This document shows positions 8,097-15,411 of a DNA stretch of 35,156 bases, one piece after another. The translations under genes were made by a program, and so were the position numbers. Below the pieces are notes generated by a model. It ran no database searches, was not told the DNA's origin, and saw only the letters and a program-made list of their open reading frames with translations. The first letter of the stretch is position 1, and each line of letters begins with the position of its first letter. Source of the stretch: a virus; the IMG/VR virus record IMGVR_UViG_3300045600_000024, positions 1 to 35,156 of that record. The stretch is one strand, 5' to 3'.

Positions 8097-8373
8097 GCAG
8101 CACCACATCGCCTGCTATCTCGACGGCGAGCACACCGATACCGTGACGGCCAGCGCCCTTGCCGCCACGATGGGCGTCACTGAGGCCGCAGTCCTCGCAT
8201 CGGCGCACGACGGCACGGAGCTGATGCAGGGGCTGCGGCTGGTGGACGAGCACGTGCCGCGCGGCACGTGCATTGGCTGCTTCATGGAGTGCTCGAAGCC
8301 GTACCCGTGCAGCCGGTCGCTGCGGATGTGGGCCACGATGATGCGAAACCTGAGCGGGGGGAGGAGGGCATGA
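8089..8373 (+). CDS. Hypothetical protein
   Basis: In-frame ATG (ATGCCTAG overlap with the upstream stop) of ORF 8068..8373. Confidence 0.45.
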   Translation: MPRQHHIACYLDGEHTDTVTASALAATMGVTEAAVLASAHDGTELMQGLRLVDEHVPRGTCIGCFMECSKPYPCSRSLRMWATMMRNLSGGRRA

Positions 8374-8379
8374 TGACCG

Positions 8380-8805
8380 ATGGATGATTTCGAGCAGGAC
8401 GCGGTGGAGCGATCATGTGCTCCGATGCTCTACTTTTCGCATGACAGCAACGCCGCCGAAGACATCAAGTGCAAGCGGCTCATACGTCACGGCGGCTTCG
8501 AGGCATATGGGCGCTGGTGGCGTCTCTGCGAGTTGCTAGCGCTCGCCCGTGGCCACACCATCCACGTGGACGAGTCTGACGAGGCCGAGATACTCGCCAA
8601 TGATTTGGGCTTCGATTCGTGGGATGAGGGCTGTGGCGACTTTATGACCACGCTTGCTAGCTTGGGCCTCATTGACGCGGAGATGCTATCTGAGGGCTGT
8701 ATCGGGTCCCGCAGGATGACAGACAACGCTTTGCGGTTCGGTCGTAAGAGAGCAAGCGGTGCACGTGGTGGCAAGACTGGTAAGGGTGTTCCAGCTTCTT
8801 CCTAA
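8380..8805 (+). CDS. DUF4373 (Lin1244/Lin1753-like N-terminal) domain protein, putative replication initiator/organiser
   Basis: YFSHDSNAAEDIKCKRLIRHGGFEAYGRWWRLCELLA matches the DUF4373 signature as I recall it. Basic C-terminal tail. Followed by an iteron/A-rich region. Confidence 0.65.
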   Translation: MDDFEQDAVERSCAPMLYFSHDSNAAEDIKCKRLIRHGGFEAYGRWWRLCELLALARGHTIHVDESDEAEILANDLGFDSWDEGCGDFMTTLASLGLIDAEMLSEGCIGSRRMTDNALRFGRKRASGARGGKTGKGVPASS

Positions 8806-8880
8806 GCAACGCTTAAGCAGTGCTTGCCAGCGTGCTTAAGCAAAGAATAAGAAAAAGAAAAAGAATATAAAAAAGAACAC
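8801..8880. promoter_or_regulatory. Candidate replication-origin-like region: short repeats plus A-rich tract
   Basis: CTAAGCA at 8802; CTTAAGCA at 8812 and 8835 (within palindromes GCTTAAGC). GTGCTT occurs twice. Then an almost pure A/G run of about 35 nt, aaagaataagaaaaagaaaaagaatataaaaaagaa. Confidence 0.3.
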
Positions 8881-8905
8881 CCTCACTTACTAGTAACAGG
8901 GACCT

Positions 8906-8924
8906 GCCGAAAACTTCGGCTTTT
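8906..8924 (+). terminator. Weak intrinsic terminator candidate
   Basis: GCCGAA-AAC-TTCGGC hairpin followed by TTTT. Confidence 0.4.
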
Positions 8925-8951
8925 GTCGAAAACTCAACCTCTGGCGCTTCG

Positions 8952-9182
8952 GTGCCAGATGCCGTCATGCCGCTTCGTGCGGCTGGAAAGGATGGAGCTA
9001 TGAGCATCGATAGCGAGACCAAGGGCAAATGCCGCGATTGCAGTTTTTACCGCGAATGGTTTGCTCCCGAAGGTCACTACATGGTCTGCGTGAGGGACGA
9101 GGATGCAATGCGCCATATCAACGCCGATGACTCATGTCACGAGTTCCGAAGTTATTTGAGCCGTTGGACGAGGGAGGAATAA
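8952..9182 (+). CDS. Small Cys-rich hypothetical protein (alternative start ATG 9000)
   Basis: ORF track. The internal ATG 9000 has an AAAGGATGGAG RBS. CRDC...C...C.EF pattern is similar to 7652..7867. Confidence 0.5.
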   Translation: MPDAVMPLRAAGKDGAMSIDSETKGKCRDCSFYREWFAPEGHYMVCVRDEDAMRHINADDSCHEFRSYLSRWTREE

Positions 9183-9184
9183 CG

Positions 9185-9394
9185 ATGAACAAATACATCG
9201 TCTCTAGGACGAGCATCAAAAATAGCTGCATACGTCGCGAGGACAAGTCTCCATGCGAGGGAGCCGAGCGCCACGACTCGGTGAGGTATGCCTACGGGAA
9301 GTCATTTCAGGACACCTATTGGACAATCGACGCCGAGAGGACCAACCACCTTTACAAGCTGATCAAGGAGGAGAGGCATTATGAGCACCGATAG
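9185..9394 (+). CDS. Hypothetical protein
   Basis: In-frame ATG of ORF 9134..9394 with a GGGAGGA RBS. Confidence 0.5.
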   Translation: MNKYIVSRTSIKNSCIRREDKSPCEGAERHDSVRYAYGKSFQDTYWTIDAERTNHLYKLIKEERHYEHR

Positions 9395-9551
9395 CGAGGC
9401 CGATTCCAAGCCTGTCTACCTCGTCATTGAGTGCGCTCCTGACAGCGATTGGGCTACTTGTCCCGAGATGACTACAGGCGAGTCCGTGTACGACGGCTCA
9501 CAAGAGCATGAGGGCTGGGTCGTGGCAAGGATTGACGGAGGCGAGTTATGA
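9381..9551 (+). CDS. Small acidic hypothetical protein, 56 aa
   Basis: AAGGAGGAGAGG RBS. Product MSTDSEADSKPVYLVIECAPDSDWATCPEMTTGESVYDGSQEHEGWVVARIDGGEL. Its stop overlaps the next ATG (ATGA). Below the track cut-off. Confidence 0.4.
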   Translation: MSTDSEADSKPVYLVIECAPDSDWATCPEMTTGESVYDGSQEHEGWVVARIDGGEL

Positions 9552-10039
9552 CCTCCGATGCTGTCACGCCCGTGCTCGACCCATGCTGCGGAAGCAGGAT
9601 GTTCTACTTCGACAAGGACGACGACCGGGTCACCTTCTGTGACCGATACCCCCGCCATTCCGTGCTCTGCGACGGCTGCACGCTCGACGTTGAGCCTGAT
9701 ATGGTCGCCGACTTCTGCGATCTGCCGTTCCCTGATTGGTCTTTCAGGCTCGTGATATTCGACCCGCCACACCTTGACCGTGGACACGGTTGGCAGGTGG
9801 AGAAGTACGGTGTGCTCGACGAGGACTGGCACGACCAGCTCACGCGCGGGTTCTCGGAGTGCTTTCGAGTGTTGGAGCCGGGCGGCACACTTGTTTTCAA
9901 ATGGTATGAATATTCGATTCCGCTTCGAGAGGTGCTGTCTTGTACGGACCAGAAGCCCATCTGCGGCAATCGTAAGCCGAAGCAGAGCAAGACGCACTGG
10001 CTGCTTTTCATGAGAAGCGGTGACGCCTCATGTGCGTAG
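9548..10039 (+). CDS. Small SAM-dependent DNA methyltransferase (DPPH catalytic motif; N6-A or N4-C class)
   Basis: LDPCCGS (motif I-like) precedes IFDPPH (motif IV), with LEPGGTLVFKW downstream. No cognate endonuclease nearby. Confidence 0.7.
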   Translation: MTSDAVTPVLDPCCGSRMFYFDKDDDRVTFCDRYPRHSVLCDGCTLDVEPDMVADFCDLPFPDWSFRLVIFDPPHLDRGHGWQVEKYGVLDEDWHDQLTRGFSECFRVLEPGGTLVFKWYEYSIPLREVLSCTDQKPICGNRKPKQSKTHWLLFMRSGDASCA

Positions 10040-10251
10040 CGACTTGCCCGCATTGCCGCCCCGCGCCGTTCGACCAGAAGCTCATGCGCTGCGACCTCTG
10101 CGACACGTGGAGCAACATCCTGACGCCAGAGACGCGCGACGTCTGCCTTGTAGCGTCGTGGGCGCACGCGCACGGCATGATGACTACTCAGGAACAGTGC
10201 GACATGGCTAACGGCAAAGGCCGTCAGTTGCCACTGTGGGGCGCGGAGTGA
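10030..10251 (+). CDS. Small Cys-rich hypothetical protein
   Basis: ORF track. CPHC...CDLC pattern. Weak RBS. Confidence 0.45.
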   Translation: MCVATCPHCRPAPFDQKLMRCDLCDTWSNILTPETRDVCLVASWAHAHGMMTTQEQCDMANGKGRQLPLWGAE

Positions 10252-10378
10252 CCGCGAGAGACACGAGACGGCAAAACAACGAATAAGCGTCCATATACGG
10301 AGAGACGAGGGCTTAGAACGCCCGAGAATGGTTTAGGAGGAACGACATGGAAAGTACGCGCAGCATAGGAGGTTGCCG

Positions 10379-10810
10379 ATGACAGCCGAAGAGTACTTGT
10401 CCGACATCCAGCACGAGGTGCGGCGCCTCAAAGAGGACACGGCCCGCATCGAGACGCTGGGCAAGTGGCCCGACGGGATGCCGCGGGGCGGTCAGTCGTG
10501 CGACATGCTGGGGATGATGAGCTTCTTGGATGACCAGAAGCGCGTGTCCGCTGATATGGAGGAGGCGCGAGCGAAGTGTCACGAGCTCGATGATGCGTAC
10601 CCGCGCAGTCGGTGGGGGAGAATCCTCGAATGCTATTACGTGGATGACCTACCGATTAAGGATGTGGCGGAAATCGTAGGCTATGTGCCCGATACCGTGA
10701 AGCACAAGAAAGCCGAGGCGCTCGACGTGATGACCGACTACTTCTTCTCGCCGAGGGTCGAAACTCGACACCAAATAACACCGAATAACACCTGCGACCC
10801 AGAGATTTGA
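10379..10810 (+). CDS. DUF1492-like (sigma-70 region-4-like) phage late transcriptional regulator
   Basis: AGGAGG 6 nt upstream of ATG 10379. MPRGGQS..D......, then ILECYYVDDLPIKDVAEIVGYVPDTVKHKKAEALDVM (HTH/region-4-like). Position just upstream of the packaging genes. Confidence 0.65.
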   Translation: MTAEEYLSDIQHEVRRLKEDTARIETLGKWPDGMPRGGQSCDMLGMMSFLDDQKRVSADMEEARAKCHELDDAYPRSRWGRILECYYVDDLPIKDVAEIVGYVPDTVKHKKAEALDVMTDYFFSPRVETRHQITPNNTCDPEI

Positions 10811-10982
10811 GTGATATCTTTATAGTCGTCCCGAGTGCGGGACACGCCATACGTCCATGTGGCAACCCTTTCTCTCCCGAGCGGCACTGCCCAAGCGACG
10901 GGGCCGCATCGGTGACCAAGCATCAGACTCGCCCGGCCTCTACCTACATGGCATTGCACACTGGCGAGCCATCGCATTACCA

Positions 10983-11016
10983 GCCCGTACCTCACGACGA
11001 GGTGCGGGCTTTTTTT
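10983..11016 (+). terminator. Strong rho-independent terminator
   Basis: GCCCGTACCTC-ACGAC-GAGGTGCGGGC (11 bp including one G-U) followed by TTTTTTT. Confidence 0.75.
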
Positions 11017-11033
11017 GTGGCGGGAGGTCAGGC

Positions 11034-11312
11034 ATGGTAGCAACTGCGTCGTCTCTCGGACACGCCATCGAGTGCGTTGACGGCATCCATTGGCGCTACG
11101 TTGACACCGGCGAGCCCTTCGATGACTCGCGACCCTGCGCCAAGTGCGGCAGAGCGCCGACCGCAGATGGATGCGACGCCTGCATAGGGCACATACCAGG
11201 GGCCATCGCGGCCTGCTGCGGACACGGTGACCCGTCGATGAGCTACGTCATGTGGGCTGACGGGACGAGCGAGAGTCCGCTTCCGAGTAGATATCGTGAA
11301 GGAGAGGAATAG
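11034..11312 (+). CDS. Cys/His-rich hypothetical protein
   Basis: In-frame ATG of ORF 10857..11312 with a GGGAGG RBS; the upstream part of that ORF spans the terminator. CAKCG...CDACIGH...CCGHG. Confidence 0.55.
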   Translation: MVATASSLGHAIECVDGIHWRYVDTGEPFDDSRPCAKCGRAPTADGCDACIGHIPGAIAACCGHGDPSMSYVMWADGTSESPLPSRYREGEE

Positions 11313-11315
11313 GTC

Positions 11316-11513
11316 ATGGGCGAGAATGCAGCACCAGTCGTTGCCTACATCTGCGACCGAAAGGCCTGTGGTGAAACGTGCCCGTCTAAGGACGGATGCA
11401 TCCACACCACGGACGTGAGGCACGCAATCGGATTCTCAGAGGTTGTTCCAGGTCGTTTCACCGAGCTCGCCAAGGTGATCGAGTACGACGGGCACCAGTT
11501 CAAGAGCATGTGA
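11316..11513 (+). CDS. Hypothetical protein
   Basis: ORF track; tightly packed with its neighbours. Confidence 0.5.
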   Translation: MGENAAPVVAYICDRKACGETCPSKDGCIHTTDVRHAIGFSEVVPGRFTELAKVIEYDGHQFKSM

Positions 11514-11824
11514 TGGCGCGGGACTTCGCGTATCCGCTCTACCACTCGCCCGCATGGGAGCGCGTCCGTGCTCAGGCGCTGGCACGAGACCACGGACTCT
11601 GCCAGAGGTGCATGTCGCAGGGGCGCGTCACGCCTGCCGTGATCGTGCACCACAAGACGTATCTGACGCCTGCGAATGTCAACGACCCACATGTCACGCT
11701 CGACCTCGACAACCTCATGAGCGTGTGCCGCGAGTGCCACGCGATCATCCATGGCTTCGACCATGACGCGACACGTGGAGACGTGACCTTCGACGCGGAC
11801 GGCAACCTCGTCCCGAGTGGATAG
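11513..11824 (+). CDS. HNH endonuclease (packaging-associated)
   Basis: C..C...(V)HH....L.........L..C..CH pattern: LCQRC...AVIVHHKTYL...NLMSVCRECHAIIH. Location directly upstream of terS/terL. Confidence 0.85.
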   Translation: MARDFAYPLYHSPAWERVRAQALARDHGLCQRCMSQGRVTPAVIVHHKTYLTPANVNDPHVTLDLDNLMSVCRECHAIIHGFDHDATRGDVTFDADGNLVPSG

Positions 11825-11828
11825 GGAC

Positions 11829-11887
11829 AATGCATAATCGATAGACGTTTATGCAAGAAAATCGAGCAAACAAGACGTTTTATGCAT
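11829..11887. repeat. Direct repeats in the HNH-terS intergenic region (candidate cos / terminase or activator binding sites)
   Basis: AGACGTTTATGCA (11843) and AGACGTTTTATGCA (11873). ATGCAT at 11830 and 11882. AATCGA occurs twice. Confidence 0.3.
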
Positions 11888-11967
11888 ACGTCGTGCCCCC
11901 CATTCTGACAAAACAGCAGTTCAGATGGGAGACCGACGCACGAGGATAAAAAACATCGCGTGGAGTC

Positions 11968-12405
11968 GTGCAAAATGGGGTGGTATCTATGGTAGTCGCT
12001 AGGAATCGCCCCGCTTCTCGCAACTCCTCGCAGAGTCGCACGAAGCCATCGGGCGCGCGTGCCAAGAAGACCGTCAGCGACTACGAATCCGAGCTATCCC
12101 CGATGGTGGAAGCGCTGTCGGAGGACGTGCGCCCGCTCGCCCAGACGCTCGCGACCAACTGCGCCCGCCTGTCCGCGACCATGGACGCATGCTGGTCCGA
12201 CTACTCGAAGAACGGTGCCGTGGTGGAGTATGACAACGGCGGCGGACAAACGGGAGTCCGCGAGAACCCGTCCTACGCCTGCTACATCAAGGCGAGCAGA
12301 GAGCTTGGCGGCGCGATAGGCAAGCTCGTGCAGATGGTGGGGCCTGGCACGGTCGCGGCAGACAGCCTCACCGGCTGGCAGGACGAGCAACGTGCGCGGG
12401 AGTGA
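11968..12405 (+). CDS. terS: Terminase small subunit (P27-family-like)
   Basis: ORF track; alternative start ATG 11989. YDNGGGQTGVRENPSYACYIKASRELGGAIGKL resembles the P27-family TerS core. Precedes terL with an overlap. Confidence 0.75.
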   Translation: MQNGVVSMVVARNRPASRNSSQSRTKPSGARAKKTVSDYESELSPMVEALSEDVRPLAQTLATNCARLSATMDACWSDYSKNGAVVEYDNGGGQTGVRENPSYACYIKASRELGGAIGKLVQMVGPGTVAADSLTGWQDEQRARE

Positions 12406-14140
12406 CGGCGCGTGCGAGCGCTCCATCCGCGAGTACTTCGGGGGCATCCTCGACGGGTCAATCGTCGCTGGTGTCAAGATGCACAAGACGGCATCGATCG
12501 TCATGGCGCAGATGGACGCGGAACCGGACTCCCGCTGGCACTACAACGAGCTAAAGGCGCAACGTCACGTCGGCTTCATAGAGCGCTTCTGCCGACAGCC
12601 TGCGGGCCACCTCGGCGCACCGCTTACGCTGCAGCCGTTCCAGCGGGCAATCCTCTCCTACGTCTTCGGCATGGTGGACTGCGACGGCAACCGCAAGACG
12701 CAGGAGGTGCTGTGGATAATCGGGAGAAAGAACGGAAAGACCACGCTCTGCGCCGCCGTGGAGCTGGACCTGCTCGTGAACGACGACGAGGGTGCGCCCG
12801 AAATCTACAACGTCGCCACCAAGCGCGAGCAGGCCATGAAGGGCTTTACCGCAGCCTACAACATGATTTTGAAATCACCTGCGCTCGCGCGACACGTCCG
12901 CAAGCGAGTGGGCGACCTCTACTGCCCCGACAACCTCGGCAAGATTCAGGCGCTGGCGAGCAACACCAACACGGGCGACGGACTCGACGTGTCGGGGGCA
13001 ATCATAGACGAGCTCGCGGCCATCAAGAACCGCGACCTCTACGACCTCACCAAGCAAGGAATGTCTGCGAGAGACAACCCGCTGCTCTTCTGCATCACCA
13101 CAAACGGATTCGTCCGCGACGGCATTTTCGACGCCCAGTACGAGTATGCCTGCAAGTGGCTCGATGGCATGCTCGATGGCGAGGACGCGGAACGCTTCTT
13201 CGCGGCAATCTACGAGCTTGACGACCGCGCGGAATGGCAGGACGAGAGCGCATGGCCCAAGGCCAACCCGGGACTCGGAACCATCAAGAAGCTCGACGCG
13301 CTCAGGGCGAACGTCTCCAAGGCTAAGAGCGATCCGTCATATCTGCCCACCGTCCTCGTCAAGGACTTCGACCTCGTGGAGAACCAGGCCACGGCGTGGC
13401 TCACCTACGACGAGCTGCATAACCCAGAGATTTTCGACCTCGACAAGATGGGATTCAAATATGCCGTAGTCGGTTTCGACGCCTCCGACACGACCGACCT
13501 TACCGCCTGCTGCGTCCTGATGATGCGGCCCAAGGACAACCATATCTACGCGCTGCACATGGCGTGGGTCACAGCCGAGAGCCTGCGCGATCGCGAGTCC
13601 TCGGGCGACCGTCGCGGGCGCGACGCGGTTCCGTACGATAAATGGATTGCGCGCGGCCTCATGCGCGTGCAGCCGGGGAACATCATCGACAAGCGGTGCG
13701 CCATACCGTGGCTGGAGGAGCTGAGGAACGAGCACGGCATCTACTGCGTCTACCTCGGCTACGACCCGTGGCACATGGGCCGGGACGACATGCCGACGAT
13801 GGATGCGTACAGGGGCTTCTTCGGCGCGACGAACTGCCACGAGGTGCGGCAGGGGGCGCAGACGCTCTCCCAGCCGATGAAGGAGCTTCGCGCGATATAC
13901 CGCGCGGGACGGCTCGTGGACAACTCGAACCCCGTGGCCGAGTGGTGCCGCAGTAACGTCATGGTGCGCACCGACGAGAACGGGAACATCGCCCCGAGCA
14001 AGAAGGGGCAGGACCCGCGAAACCGCATCGACGCCTTCGCCGCCGAGTTGGATGCGTGGGTGGTGATGAGGGACAACCTCGACAGCTACAAGATGCTTGT
14101 CGGCTGGACTCCACCGGAAGGGGATGATGGCACGGAATGA
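12392..14140 (+). CDS. terL: Terminase large subunit
   Basis: 582 aa. Walker A-like GRKNGKTT. LQPFQRAIL, DEL.A, and a C-terminal nuclease region (GYDPW..., NRIDAFAA). GTG start overlaps terS. Confidence 0.92.
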   Translation: MRGSDGACERSIREYFGGILDGSIVAGVKMHKTASIVMAQMDAEPDSRWHYNELKAQRHVGFIERFCRQPAGHLGAPLTLQPFQRAILSYVFGMVDCDGNRKTQEVLWIIGRKNGKTTLCAAVELDLLVNDDEGAPEIYNVATKREQAMKGFTAAYNMILKSPALARHVRKRVGDLYCPDNLGKIQALASNTNTGDGLDVSGAIIDELAAIKNRDLYDLTKQGMSARDNPLLFCITTNGFVRDGIFDAQYEYACKWLDGMLDGEDAERFFAAIYELDDRAEWQDESAWPKANPGLGTIKKLDALRANVSKAKSDPSYLPTVLVKDFDLVENQATAWLTYDELHNPEIFDLDKMGFKYAVVGFDASDTTDLTACCVLMMRPKDNHIYALHMAWVTAESLRDRESSGDRRGRDAVPYDKWIARGLMRVQPGNIIDKRCAIPWLEELRNEHGIYCVYLGYDPWHMGRDDMPTMDAYRGFFGATNCHEVRQGAQTLSQPMKELRAIYRAGRLVDNSNPVAEWCRSNVMVRTDENGNIAPSKKGQDPRNRIDAFAAELDAWVVMRDNLDSYKMLVGWTPPEGDDGTE

Positions 14141-15411
14141 GAAACCACGGACTTCGCAGGTCGCTCTACAACCTCGTCTTCGGCAACCACGCCGAGAAGC
14201 AAGCTGTTGGAAATTACTTCAAGACGCTCACGGCCTACAGCACGTCGTTCAACTCGTGGGACGGCGGGGTCTACGAGGCAAACCTCACAAGGGCGTGCAT
14301 CGAGGCTGGCGCTAGACAGGCGTCGAAGCTGGAGCTCAACGTCTCGGGCGTCGCGGAGGTGCAGGCCACGCGCTCTCTTCTCACGCAGCCAAACCCGTGG
14401 ACGACCACGCCGCAGTTCCTCGCGCGAATCTGGACGTGCCTGATGGTGAACGACACGTGCCTCATCGTGCCGGTCATCGGCGCTGACGGGGCGACGCAGG
14501 TCGGCTATGCCGTCGCGCTGCCGTCGCAGACTGACGTGATTGAGGACGCTACAGGCTCGCCATGGCTACGGATGCGCTTCGCATCGGGCGACACGGGCTA
14601 TCTGGAGTGGTCGCGCGTGGGAGTCATGACGCGCCACCAGTTCATGAGCGACCTCTTCGGCGACAAGCTCAACACGCTCGACGACACGCTGCAGCTCATT
14701 GACGCTCAGCGTCAGGCCGAGCTAGCAGCCATAAAGAACAACGCATCAGTTCGGTTCCTCGGGCGCGTCTCAATGAACATCTCGCCCGACGACCTCCGGA
14801 AGAAGCGCATAGAGTTCAACGAGTCGAACTTGTCGGTGGACAACTCGGGCGGACTCGCGCTCTACGACACGTCCTTCGACTCGGTGACGCAGGTGACGCC
14901 CACCGCATGGACGATAGACTCCTCCGAGATGGAACGCATTCGCACCAACGCCCACGACCACTTCGGCACCAACGACTCCATCCTCCACTCCGACTGGTCG
15001 GAGGACGGGTGGAACGCATTCTACGAGGGCATGGTCGAGCCCTTCGCCGTTATGCTCGGGGCCGTCCTCACGGCCATGACGTATACGCCATTCGAGATAG
15101 CCAACCACAACGAGATAACCCTATCGTCAAACCGCCTGCAATACGCGAGCAACGTCACGAAGCTCAACGTCACCACGCAGCTCGTGGACAGGGGCATCAT
15201 GACGCTCAACCAGGCCCTGGACGTGTGGCAGATGCCGCAGATTGGCCCTGACGGCGACAAGCGCATCATCCGCGGCGAGTACATCGACGCGAACCTCATC
15301 AGCGAGCACACGGTTGGCGACGCGCAGTCAGCGCTGGCCGCCAACGCGCTATCGGACTCCACGCAGCAGACGGGAGGAAGCAATGCCTCAACAGCGAAAG
15401 ACGCCCAGTAA
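14137..15411 (+). CDS. Portal protein (HK97 family)
   Basis: 424 aa; ATGA overlap with terL. Typical position and length between terL and the prohead protease. Confidence 0.9.
   Translation: MRNHGLRRSLYNLVFGNHAEKQAVGNYFKTLTAYSTSFNSWDGGVYEANLTRACIEAGARQASKLELNVSGVAEVQATRSLLTQPNPWTTTPQFLARIWTCLMVNDTCLIVPVIGADGATQVGYAVALPSQTDVIEDATGSPWLRMRFASGDTGYLEWSRVGVMTRHQFMSDLFGDKLNTLDDTLQLIDAQRQAELAAIKNNASVRFLGRVSMNISPDDLRKKRIEFNESNLSVDNSGGLALYDTSFDSVTQVTPTAWTIDSSEMERIRTNAHDHFGTNDSILHSDWSEDGWNAFYEGMVEPFAVMLGAVLTAMTYTPFEIANHNEITLSSNRLQYASNVTKLNVTTQLVDRGIMTLNQALDVWQMPQIGPDGDKRIIRGEYIDANLISEHTVGDAQSALAANALSDSTQQTGGSNASTAKDAQ

Noticed and set aside
10252-10334. GAGAGAC(AC)GAG direct repeat (about 10256 and 10299) upstream of the late-regulator locus, as a possible promoter or operator.
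   Set aside because: It is short, purine-rich and imperfect, with no adjacent -10/-35 hexamers that I could recognise. It may well be chance.
10807-11040. 77-aa ORF (TTG start), and the N-terminal extension of ORF 10857..11312, covering the leader region.
   Set aside because: There is no RBS. The TTG start or the Arg-rich N-extension is implausible, and the reading frames run straight through a strong terminator hairpin and T7 tract. A much better start (GGGAGG-N6-ATG 11034) exists downstream.
12412-13221. 269-aa alternative-frame ORF inside terL. The same applies to 3705..4334, 16505..17101, 18801..19298, 23212..23793, 24685..25434, 26681..27397 and 28512..29120.
   Set aside because: These are off-frame Arg/Pro/Gly-rich products overlapping genes with clear homology signatures. 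They are GC-driven open frames, not genes.
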